Source: Raillietiella orientalis (lineage: Eukaryota). Taken from it: a stretch of DNA of 64,000 bases. A program made the translations under genes and the position numbers. Of the stretch, positions 37,090-48,100 are shown in pieces. The notes below the pieces were generated by a model that saw only the letters and a program-made list of their open reading frames with translations, did no database searches and was not told the origin of the DNA. Where the stretch lies: positions 1 through 64,000 of the forward strand of contig JAYWIR010000013.1 in the NCBI GenBank assembly GCA_036172245.1. Reading direction: 5' to 3'. The stretch's first letter is position 1. Each line of letters starts with the position of its first letter.

Positions 37090-38450
37090 TCTGCGGCTAC
37101 GCAAGCCAGCTGGGACGTCTGCTGGTCTCATCATCTCGGTCAGATAAAGAGCATAGGTTCTCATTTTGACCTTGTTCCAGTCAAATGCATCGACGCCCAA
37201 GACGGAGACGTGGCTGCCACAGGTAATCCAGGAGTGGACAACAGAGCATAGTCTGGCACTGCTCCACCACCGACCTCGTATTAATGAAGAATGTGAAGAG
37301 CCCCCAATTGGTACTCTGAGTCACCTCTAAAAGAATGCCAACAAGCAAAATCTGCCCTTTCATCAGCTTGTGATGTCTGATGTGCCATCCATCAGAACAC
37401 TTTCTGGAAGTGGTACATTGGAGGTGAAATCTCCAGGCGAGATCATTTTGAAACAATCCCGCTTGGATGCACATCGATCCTGGATTCAACAGGAAGCTTT
37501 GAATCCCTCTGTGTGCAGGTATTTTCGCAGGCCTAGGCTCCAGAGAAACATCGCCGAACAAGAAAACGTCACGGACGCAAACTTTCCCCCCAGGGTGTGT
37601 GGTCCGTGGCGGAAGGTGAAATCCATCGAGATGCTCAGAACTGCTCCAAGGTGGTGGTTTGGCTTCAAGGGGAGGCGAGGCTCAATCTCTCCTCCTTTGA
37701 AGCTCCCACATCTGGCGGGCGTTCTCTTGTGGAGTTGGAAAGTCTGCAATCGCCCGCCATTTCGTGGTGGATCTTCCTGTCGGGGGAGAAGGAAGAGGAA
37801 GAGGGGAAGAGTACATTTCATTTTAATGAGGACAGATAATCTTTCAACGGATCGATGCTGTTCTTCCCAGCATCATTTCCTCGGTGTTGGGTGGGAAAGG
37901 TGGACATTTGGAAGCTAGTGTGCTTTTCTCTTCAGCGGATATCTTTATGCATTGGCAGGAGCACCCGAACCAACTCCGTTGCAGAAAATAGCTAGAGGTT
38001 CCATCCTCTGAACTGCGATGCTTCAGACTGCACCTCCACTTCCATTTCGGAGTCTCATTAGTCATCCATTTTCTTTTTTTTGCCTCGACAAGTACCCACG
38101 AACCGCTGCTTCACCCCATGGGGGCATGGACAACGTCGTCGCACAACATGACGTTGCCTGCCAGGTGAACTCATCTTCCAGAAGACGCTAGGAAGGAGAT
38201 CTTCGGCATCCAACGCCGGTTCTGAAACATAGGAACCGCACAAGCCAAAGACCTCTGTCTCCGCCCCCCCATATTTTTAGTTATATTTTTGATATATTTA
38301 TTTGTTGTCCCTTCTGTCCCGTTCCGGACTTTCAGTTTTACCGACCTGCGTGTCGGAGTTCCCTCCTTTCGTTCTTCTGTACTCTTCGTCTGGGAACTTT
38401 TGTTCTAGGATAGTTTTTAAATAAACGCCCCAGCGCACCCGGGTGGCAAA
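37090..38450 (+). mobile_element. 3' part of an L1/Tx1-like LINE
   Basis: Degenerate post-RT peptides, T-rich UTR, and AATAAA(38420-38425)-CGCCCCAGCGCACCCGGGTG terminal hairpin. Confidence 0.5.
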
Positions 38451-38689
38451 CAACGTTGTCGCATATGGGCCCATAAGTCTCCCCACCCATGTCCCTAGGA
38501 GTGTGTGATGCGAGTGGGGGAGGGGAGAAGGGTCCACTGCCAATTCCCAGCTATTCAAAGGGGCATCCTGCAGCGGACGCTTAGCGCATCCTGTCGATAC
38601 ACACCCGAAGCACGGTCCATCCCAGCACCATCGTGCGGGAAGTCTCGAAACTCATGACGCATCCAACTCGGCGTCGATACTTCATTTTC

Positions 38690-40400
38690 GTCCGGAACAT
38701 TTATTGTAAAAAAAAAAATATTTACAAAAAAAAAGTCCTATTTTATATGACTTTTTTTTTGTAAATATTCTTTAAAAAAAAAATGTCCGCCCTCGTAGTG
38801 GCTTCACATCACCACCGAGAAGGGAGATGCCGCCTCGGAGGCTCTGCTTCTCGTGAGCAGCTCCTCGATGAGGTCCGCACAAGAGGAAAGGAGGAAAGGG
38901 TGAACAAAAACAAAAAAACACACACACAAAAGTTCAGTTTGAAAAATTTTTGGGGGGAAGGGGAGGGGATCGCGTTGTCCTAGCATCCTCTGGAGGATGT
39001 TGGCAACTTCCTCCTTTTGTTGGCAGGGATGCGGCCATCCTGTCGTCTTCCTCATGAACGAGTAGACGATTGGGATGACCTCACCGTTCGACTGGTCTCT
39101 TTTGGAGCGGATTCTCGCCGCCACGATCCCAGCTCAGGCAGTGCGGAGCTGCAAGGGAAGCTGTAGGCGACGTCGAGTCGCGCGCTAAGAGGCGCCACAT
39201 GACTTCCCTACCGTTGCCCATCGGGATGGGAGGGTCGCAGCGAAGCGTTCCCCGACGCTCAGGAGCACGACACGATCGGGGATCAGGGAAGGTTTTACCG
39301 TTTCCCCTCACCTGGCATAGTCAGGGGTCGCACTCCCCCTCGTCGAGTGGTGGACTCGCACCTTGCATGGGATCGCCTAGTGCAGCAACCGCAATGCCGA
39401 GTCCTGCTACTTCAAGGGCAGCGCGGAGATGCCCCACTTGGGGTATTCCTGTCTTTTCGAGAGGAATGCCCAGGAGTTCCACCCGGCGACGAACTCCCTT
39501 GGGGAGGGCGGCGGAGGTGCATGCGCCAGCCAGTTAACGCGCCGTCTAGCATCCCAGATGCTCCCTTTTTCCCGCGATCTCGCAGGATGCTTCCCATCTC
39601 TCATGGTCATCTCTATTTCCATCTCGCGTCGATCCTCTACGGGTGTTCGAATCCGCGGCGCCTGGGGTCGCGCGCTACATCGTGGACGCGTGTTCTCCGC
39701 TCGTCCTGTACAAACTCCCTAATAGGTCTGGACATCTCGTATTGGGTGCAGTGGTTCAGCTTTATGGTTGCCTCCGTCCCGTGAACAGGCAGCGTTGGCG
39801 AGAACACACGGCATTGGAATCGTCACGCAGCACCGACTTCTGTGACCAAGGACAAGTGAGCACTGATGAAGGTAAGAGCGCGCCCAGGAGGGGAAAGAGA
39901 GCTGTTGACCGACACCTCGATCACTGGGAAACGATTCGGCAAATCTTTCCTCTTCCTTCCATCTTCCTCTTCTTTGTAAGCGATGGGGGACTCTGTGGAC
40001 AACTCTTTGCCCCCTCTGGAGTTTCTCCTTACACTGCCTCTGGAGGAACGGAAGCGAATCTTCGCAGATTCCTCAGGTTTGGAAGGCCCTCAAGACCTAC
40101 TCTACACGCTCCCTACTCTTCGATCAGTGCCTCTCATTCTGACGGCGCATCGATCTCCACAATCGACGCTGACTTCAGCATGGAGAGGAGGGGTGGGAAG
40201 AGATCTTCTAAGCTGCATCGGAAACTCTGTCACTCAGGAAGCGGAGGAGTCAGGTTCTTTGGCCTCTTCGCCAATCCGTAAGGTTGAGCTCAACCGACGC
40301 TCCCCTGCTGCAAGAATGGTGCGCACAGCCAAGCAAACTGAAGCTGTGAAAGACTGCGGCGGAAAGCGGTCCGCGAGCAGACGCGGGGATCCTCATCCGG
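38690..40400 (-). mobile_element. Possible 3' part of a LINE, tail-to-tail with the previous element
   Basis: Minus-strand AATAAATGTTCCGG (AATAAA at 38705-38700) preceded by a T-rich UTR; weak ORF2-like peptides upstream. Confidence 0.35.
38717..38769. repeat. Perfect 21-bp AT-rich inverted repeat with 11-nt loop
   Basis: AATATTTACAAAAAAAAAGTC (38717-38737) / GACTTTTTTTTTGTAAATATT (38749-38769). Confidence 0.92.
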
Positions 40401-41039
40401 AAGAGAAAGAGTTTCGTTGAAGAAGAGCGCACGGGAAGAGAAAGCGATGTCGCCAGTTCGTTTCCGATTCCAGCACTGCCTCTGGTGCCACGGTTCCAAG
40501 CACGTGCACCTACACAGGGTCGCTTTTGGGCACGTCCCACTGTGCACCTACACAGGGTTCTCCTCTGGCTGCGCTGGCGAAAGAGTTGCTCGAACACTTT
40601 TCTTTTTCGACGCGGAGGGAGCGCTGCAAGGAACCGTGGTACGGCCGGCGTCGCCATGGCGTTTCAGTGGCATCGAAACACGACTCTCGTATTCTGGCGC
40701 GCACCACCTCCGGTTCGTGCCTGTGGCTCCTCCTTCCCCGGTGCCCTCAGCGTGCCACGAAGCTCCGAATCGCCTTCAGGGCACGCATCGTCCCAGTTTC
40801 ATAGGCTAGTTCCAGTTTCTATGAATGGAAAGAGGAAAAATTATCGGGGAATTTCAGTGCCACTTCAGAGTTGACAAAGAAGGTAAGAGGGTGGTCAACA
40901 GCACTTGATGACGTCGAAAAAACACTTGGTGATGATGAGGCACCCGATGGTAGCTTCGTGCATCCGGCGACATCTATGCAGACGGACGCTAGGTGCCTCG
41001 CGCGGACCCGCGTCGGAGACCATGTGACCTCTGTGAGAC

Positions 41040-41460
41040 GGAGGGTCCCCTTCGGGTGGGATCCTCCCTCTCGTACCATGAAGTAAGTGTGGTACTTCTT
41101 CACAGTGCAGAGAAGCGTGCTGCTCCCTTTGGGGAGCGCGCCCTCCAGAGAAATTTGGGAAGAGTCCCTTCGGGTTCTCTTCAGCGGTTTCCTTCCCGGG
41201 AGGTCCCTCCGTAGAAAGAATAAGGAAGAAGAAATATTAACGGAACCTTTCTGGATTCCATTCGGAGAAGAAAAATGTAGCGGACCCTTCTGAAGGTCCC
41301 CCCGGAGAGAATAACGAAGAAGATTCCCTTCGAGATTCCCATCGGAGACGAACAGGATGGAGGTGATTTCCATTTCCGAGAATCCCTCCTCAGGCGTGAG
41401 AGGAACGGACTACGAGCGCTTCCTGGATTCATGGAGCCCTTCCTGAGCGGTTCCATCCCG
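41040..41460 (+). mobile_element. SINE-like repeat copy (body)
   Basis: TCTCGTACCATG...AGAAGCGTGCTGCTCCC...AGAGAATAACGAAGAAGATTCCCTTCGAG...GTGAGAGGAACGGACT...CTGGATTCAT, shared with the 33200, 36480 and 45975 copies. Confidence 0.8.
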
Positions 41461-41469
41461 GAACAATGC

Positions 41470-42895
41470 CTATTTTTTGATCCATATTTTTAACGAACCT
41501 CCTCACAATCTCCCTATGGGGCACAGGGAGGCCCCAAGTTCGCCTGAAGACTTGTGCGCTCCCCGTCGCGACGGTGGACTCGGCCTCCTGACGTTGGAGC
41601 GCCTAAAGCGGCAGCTCTAGTGGAGGACGCTTGCCCTAGTAAAGAAGCTTTGGAGCACGAACTGAAGCGAGTCCGCACGATAACTGGTCAAGCGAACCAC
41701 CGGCTATGAGGGACTGTCTTGTTTCTTGGCGGGCGGCTCAGACGCAACGAGTCCAGCTGCGGGATGGAGCTCCGGCGAGTGACCAAGCTGACCAGGGAGA
41801 ACATTTGGATCTCCTGCTGGCCTGCGAACGGTAGTGCCTGATTGCAGGAAACCGTTCGTATGTGGGCCCAGAAGAACGAAGCGAGCCTGGAGATGCGGCA
41901 GTGACTACTGCACTCCTTCTACAACAACCGCTCCCTGCAGGACGTCATCGTGCAGTCCACCACGTATGCGTGGGAGCAAGGAACCTTCCTAGCCGCGGCA
42001 CTGCCCTTCCTCAGGGAGCACCTGGGCAGTAGTCAGCATGCCAAATGGGAAGTCCGATGTACATTAGGTCTTCGGACTAAGGAGCTACCACGAGTCAGCG
42101 CACGGACGCTGAGACCCAAAGTGCCCCACCGAAGGGAATATTGAGCTGAGGTGAGCTGCTGGGAATCCTACAAGACCTCGAATGGTCCCAAGAGCTGAAG
42201 AACAACCGGACCTTCCCCCTGAAGTGGCAAGGGTCGACGTTGATACTGTTGCACTGAGGCTTCCCATGCACCGCCTGCCGCTCTCAATTGACCTGGGTGG
42301 CTGTGGCCCCGAACTGATGCAGGTGCGGGAGTTAGGAATCCCTCTCGCACCTCCTTGTAAAATGTGTTGCCTTATATCCCCTGTTCTGACGTTTGGTGCA
42401 CGGCCCTTGGTGCACCGACGGACAATCCCAGAGACGTATTAAAGCGACTCTTCGTGCGCGATGCCCTTTCACCTGCCTCATCTCCAGCAGCTCTTTTCTG
42501 CTGTCTACGTGGGATTGTGATGCCCTGGAGCTACGCGGGAGGAGGACAGCGGGATAGGGAAGCCATCTGCTTCGTCCTGCGCTACCTGAGGACAGCAGCT
42601 AGATAGCCCCATCTGGGATTCATACTCGGATGGAACTTGCAGGTATCCTGGAAAGGATGCAGAGGACGTCCTCCATCAGTGATCGTTTCCCGTGTTCCCC
42701 AGAGTTGTTTTTATTATTGATTTTTATTTATTTTTGTTTGTCCTTTTCCCCTCCTTGCTGCCGATGCGAACCTCGTCGGCCTGCTTGCCGGTTGCTTGGG
42801 AAGTTGCAAGCATTTTCGGACAATGTAGGGTCGATGACCCTACACATGTATGTTTATTTTTTATAATAAACGTTTCGCCGTGACCAGGTGATAAA
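41470..42895 (+). mobile_element. 3' part of an L1/Tx1-like LINE (post-RT, C-terminus, UTR)
   Basis: DLCAPRRDGGLGLL, IWISCWP and SFYNN peptides; Cys cluster near 42350-42400; AATAAA(42865-42870) + TCGCC/GGTGA hairpin. Confidence 0.7.
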
Positions 42896-42914
42896 TCCTA
42901 TCTTTGACACTGTT

Positions 42915-43075
42915 CCACGCCAACCGAAGGTGCGTGCAGCAGTGTCAAAGAGCTGAGTGAGCTTCCAGGCGTGCGAAGGCTCTTCCGGTACTCAGCAAAA
43001 CCAAAAAAGCTGAATGGAAAGCAGCGCAGACGGAAAAGAACCCAAAAGGATTTTTATGCACTGGCTGGCATGAGC
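42915..43075 (+). mobile_element. SINE-like repeat copy (tail only), abutting the H2B stop codon
   Basis: AGTGTCAAAGAGC...AAAAAAGCTGAATGGAAAGCAG...CCCAAAAGGATTT matches the tail at 33580-33730. Confidence 0.7.
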
Positions 43076-43080
43076 ACAGT

Positions 43081-43453
43081 TCACTTCCAGCTCGTTAACT
43101 TGGTCACAGCTTTCGTGCTTTCCGAGACGGCGTGCTTGGACAGTTCTCCGGGTTGCAGCAGGCCCACCGCCGTCTGTACTTGCCGGCTGGTAATGCTTCC
43201 GTACACTCGTTGTAGTAAGGGCAGGGGATGGGTGCTTCTGCTGCGATACGCTCGAATATGTCATTCACGAAAGCAGTTCATAATCGACATGTCCTTGCTG
43301 GAGACACCTGTATCTGAGTGCACTTGATTCCAAAGTCTTTATAGATGCAGATGGCATAACTCTCCTTCCTGCTGCATTTGTCTCCCTACGTGATGTTCTC
43401 TGAGCCTTACCTGCCATCTTCACTGCTTTCCCACTACCAGACTTCGGTGCCAT
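43081..43453 (-). pseudogene. H2B: Histone H2B pseudogene (full length, intronless, multiple frameshifts)
   Basis: ATG at 43453. [56 protein letters not shown] and QTAV.LL.PGEL.KHAVSE.TKAVTK are spread over shifting frames. TGA at 43083-43081. Confidence 0.93.
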
Positions 43454-43504
43454 CGCGAATCCACACAGCAATACCGCTCATTACACCCTTCAGACATCTA
43501 TGCC

Positions 43505-43710
43505 ACATGGTCTTCGATGCGGGCCACGTGGTTGCGGTCCCCGCGAGTGACAACACCAAGCGTCGCGTGTTCGAATACTCGGCAAGAATCGGCATCGAGA
43601 GATGGGAGGTGCACCGCAGGTTTGAGTTCCTCCCGCAAGATGACACTGGTTGACCTCTGTTCGGGTGCGGCACCGGAAGCAGTTACAACCGGCGCCCCCG
43701 TTGATTGCCG
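43505..43710 (+). mobile_element. SINE-like repeat copy (head only)
   Basis: ATGGTCTTCG...GCCACGTGGTTGCGGTC...GTGTTCGAATACTCGG...GGTTTGAGTTCCTCCCGCAAGATGACACTGGTTG. Confidence 0.78.
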
Positions 43711-43749
43711 AGCATTATGGGAGACAGGAAGTGTAGATCAATAGGTGTG

Positions 43750-44900
43750 GCAGAGGCTCACCCAGACAGAAAATGATTCGGAGAAAATTTCAGACACTGC
43801 ACGAAACTGAAGGACTCTGACGCCGCTCGTCGTCCTTTGCCACGATTCCATGAGACAGAGAGAGAAAAGGAGTCATTGGATGGTGGCTCCCAGCGAAGAG
43901 CGAGGACGAGGAGTGCACTGGCCGACCCGTCCACTCAGTTTTCTGAGATTCTTCCCGGTGTGGAAACCGCGTGCTTAAGACCTCTCCCCCCCTTCAAGGT
44001 GCGGAACACTAAGATGGGGTTTTGCTCCCGCCTGAGAATTTTTCTGTAAATCAGCAGTGGGAAAGTTTCGTCTGCTTGGTCTGCGGTGCATCCGCTGAAG
44101 CCACGCACCGAGGAACGGCATGCTTTATTCACAGGGCGCGGAGAGTGCGGAAGGGAACCTTGCCGCTGGTTGGTTACGGTTCTTACGTATCCCCTCTCGA
44201 ACAGTCTGGTTCCCGAGCTGCGAACGGGGCAGTCGAAGAGACCTTTGCTTTCCTTCTTTTTCTTGGAAACCATCCTCGGTACCAGTAGCTAGCGAAAGAG
44301 ACCTGTCCAGGGGAATTCAGACCTCAACCGAGAGCCGCGGAGTCTCTAAACTACTCGTTATGAGGAGCATAACGAGTAGTTTAGAGACTGCATCATGGCA
44401 TCTATGTCCATGCCATGATGCGCATCCGGGAAGGTGCCTGTGTAGACCATGCTACCCTCGCATGGAAAGGAACAGTTCGCTTTGCGATCCGGCGTTCCCG
44501 ATGGATACGCAGGTGCTCAATGCTCCCGGGAACAAACTTCCTGTGGACTGCCTCTGGCCTGCTCGTTCCCGTTTGCCCGCACCGCCTCTAAATGGGAACT
44601 CCCGAGCACCAGGAAGTCTTGCGGTCTGGGAACACGGAATTTGGGGTCGCCTACCTACGAACTCGCGACCCGGCCCGAGTGTCGACGCGATAGCAATGCT
44701 ACCTGCAGCCGCAGCTGCCGACCTCGCGAGGTCAAGGTGAATTTCCCCGCAATGCCCGACCCGTCGGGAAAGGGCGAAGAGATCTGCATCTCCTGTCCGC
44801 GGCATCTCTGGAACGGAGGAAACGCGTAGCTGGAAACACGGCTTTCATCTCGGGAAGATCCGGATTCTTTGCAGTGCCGTTCGTCGTGCCTTTCTCGAAG
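43750..44900 (-). mobile_element. Decayed LINE RT/post-RT fragment
   Basis: IYRKILRREQNPILVFRTLKGGRGLK near 43975-44055; degenerate RT-like peptides upstream. Confidence 0.4.
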
Positions 44901-45123
44901 GGTGAGAGGAGCGCCAACGCAAAGAAAAGGGCCGTTCCTGGAACGAATTCCCTAGTTCTCTTGCGAGCCGCTCTTCCTGGCTGCTTGGACTACGCCCTCA
45001 GCACGTGTCCACGGATGGCCGCGAGGGATACTCTAGTGGTAAATTCTTCGAGCAGGACTCCTGTGCGGCATCTGCGAAAGCGCTCCAGCCGTCTGTTGAG
45101 CCTCTTGCTCATCTGCGGAGCGC

Positions 45124-45129
45124 TTTATT
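45124..45129 (-). promoter_or_regulatory. Polyadenylation signal of the aspartic protease gene
   Basis: AATAAA on the minus strand 40 nt after the TGA stop. Confidence 0.65.
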
Positions 45130-45169
45130 CTGGAAGGGGCCGACTGGCCTCAGCCGCAGCGAGGGACTG

Positions 45170-48100
45170 TCATCTTGGCGTGGCGAATCCGACGCGTAGG
45201 TTGCCCACGTCGAACTTGGTGTAGTACTTCCCTAGAAGTACGTCTCCCAGTATCCAGAGCTGCTCTTCAGAATTGCGAAACTGGAACGGCTGGATCCCGA
45301 TCACGCAGAAGTTAATCTGGTTCTTCGAGAACTGGCAAGGGAAGAAGGATGTAGAGAGCAGAGCGGAGATCGCTGTACCTGGATGATGTAGTCGTCCGGT
45401 TCCAGGGTCAGCTCCCCGTTGTCCATTTGGAAGTGGATGTTAGGCAAAGATGGCTTATTTTTGCACTCAGTCTGTCCCGGAAGGGTTCATCTCGTTAGCG
45501 TCCTCCCTGCCCCGACTTACGACAAAGAGTTGGTACTGAGGCAGAAAGATAGAGTTCGTGTCCTTCAGCAGCTTCATCACGCTGGCCAAGGGAGCAGCAA
45601 CGAGGCTCGTTCCCGTGTCCACGATCGCTCTGCATTCTTTGGCACACACGGAGACATTGTTGCCGAGGATGCTGGAACGGGAAGCCGTTAGGTCACTCAC
45701 CTCCACCAGGGAATCTTCCTCCCCCCGAAGACGGACTCACGAGTTCAGCTGGATTTCCCAGTAGAAAGGTCTCACGACCTTGGCGTACATGAATTCACCG
45801 GTGTACCTACTTGGGTTCGCTCCTCCCAAGGTCAGTTCACCTCCGACGTCCGACAGCGGGTCCCTGGAAGTGGATACACGATCAATTGCAATGGATTGTG
45901 TGCACTCATGGTCCTGGTCAGAATCATGGGGTCCACTCAGAGAGACGCTGGTCGCGCAGAGACCTGCAGGCTGAGTTCAATAGCCTCTCATCAGCCATTC
46001 ATGGAAACCACAAGCCAAGCGAACTTTCCAATCGCCTTCCGTTCTTCATGCATTTTGAGGGGGGGGGGGAAGAGGGGGAGATCTTTTTTTTAGGATTCTC
46101 AAGGAGTGCTGAAGAACCGTCGGCCTCCTTACGAATGAATCACAAAGCTCTTTGGCACCGTCCATGCCACCCCAGGATGCGTGTGACTCTTCAAGTTATG
46201 AAGGGCAGCCCTCTAAGTACCACACTATGAATCCAGAAAGGGCTCTGGAGAAGGGAGTCCGTTCCTCTCACTCCTGGGGAGGGATCTCCGAAGGGAACCC
46301 GGAAAGGATTTGCTCATGAAATAATTTCTTTCTCCGGAGGTAACCTTCAAGGGAACCGCTCCTTGTTACTCTCCGAAGAGAACCCCTAAGGGCAGCTGCC
46401 CAGTTTCTCTGAATGGCTCTCCTCGGAGGGAACAGCGCACTTCTTACACTCTGGAGAGCTATCGATCCGCAATGGATGGTCACCCCCTGAGAGATGAGGC
46501 GGCTCTATTCTCAGCCGGTGGGAAACCCAGAAGAAAACCGACTCCTTAGATCCTGAGAGGACCCCGGAGAGTCAGCTTTCAATTCCAGCCAGTCAACTAA
46601 GGCATCCATCTTGCACCATTACTGCGTCCGAAGCCTACAGACCAACCAGCGCTAGGGGAGGAACTCGAAACCGGTGACGTGCTCCTCATTTCTTGGCGTC
46701 GATCCTTCCCTGGATGGGATTCGAACCCGCGACGCTGGGTGCCGCTCGCAGTGACCGCAGCCACACGGCTGTTAACGAAGGCCATCCACGTGAGCCGGGA
46801 CCCTCCGGGAGAGACTGGGTGTGGTCACTGCGCCGATCTCGGGAACGCCGCGCCTCGGCGTCCATGGGATCCTCTTAATCCGGGGATGTCTCGTTCCGAA
46901 AAGCTGCTGCCTTCTTGCGCTGCCGCGACCAGGAGATGCGCAGGAGCAACGCGCATGCACCCTCCCGTGCCGTCTTAGAAGGGGTTCCGCCCACCACCAC
47001 AGAGCATGTTGCCCCCAGGGTGCCCAAGTATGACGGCCCTCCCAAGGCAGCGGAGCATCACCACTGTCGATGGCTCCAGGGTCGCCCTCCCTGCCTTCTG
47101 AACATGCCGGTAGCCGGGAGCGTAAAGCGCGCTGCTAAGGTAACGAAGAAGCATGATATTTGAAAGAATCAGGAAGGCCGTTTCGGCCTAAGAGTTGAAA
47201 AGGGCTGCAGGAAAGTCTGCTTTAGTCGTTCGTACCTGTTGAGGTAAAAGGAAAATATCGGTTCCTTCAGGACTCTGTGTCTTATCAGGTTGTGGATGAG
47301 AGGATAAGTGAAGGATGTCAAATTAGGGAATGCCATTCCCAGCAATCCTTCGTTCCCCGGATTATCGAAAGCCTGGCCATGGAATATTATTCCTTCAGCA
47401 AAGGTCTGTATCCTGGCAGTGAGTCCGCCAATCTACAACAGAGAAAGTTCATCATCAAACTCTTTGACGTCTTCTGCGAGTTGCAGAGGAGGCGTATTTG
47501 GGAGCATAATCATCTACAGGCAGGGATGCTGGATCCGTACGCACGGAGATCACACCGGTAGCGCGTGCCGCAGAACACGCCGTTTCGCCAAGGGCACATG
47601 CTCAGGGAACGGTTCGTTTCTCCGGATCCCCGTCCGGATGGGAACGCGTCGGCAGAGGCTGCATTCCTATTGTCTGGTGAGAGAAGCTACGGGAGGAGTC
47701 GACACCCGGCAACGAGACAACCAGACAAGTAGGGTGGAAAGGGAGATCACTTGCGCCGACGGTGTGATTGCGAGGGTTCAGAGTCAGGTTCACAGGGATC
47801 GAAAGGACACTCGAGAGTGCACAAAAGGCAACACTTCAAGCTCGAGGGCCTCTCGTGGCAAGTGAAAAGGATAGTGTTCACCAGGAATAGCTTCCTCCGG
47901 GCAGTTCCCCGGTGCCATTTCGTGGGATCGCTGCTTGAGGCGCGTTCGAAATCTTTTCCAGAACCACCCTTGAAAGACGCAATTGATCACGGAAGGCAGA
48001 GCCGGTGTTTCCGTCCGCTGCAAACGTGGCAACCACTTATCGTCGCGGTTTCTGTCCCTGAGCTCAAATCCATTCCGGTTGCTGCGTTACAAGCGGCTCA

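Noticed and set aside
43035..43055. Histone 3' stem-loop after H2B
   Set aside because: The hairpin AATCC-TTTT-GGGTT does not fit the GGYYYT-TTTH-ARRRCC consensus and also occurs in a repeat copy with no histone nearby.
46705..46792. Functional nuclear tRNA gene
   Set aside because: It has A/B-box-like motifs but no cloverleaf or oligo-T terminator, and it is part of a dispersed repeat.
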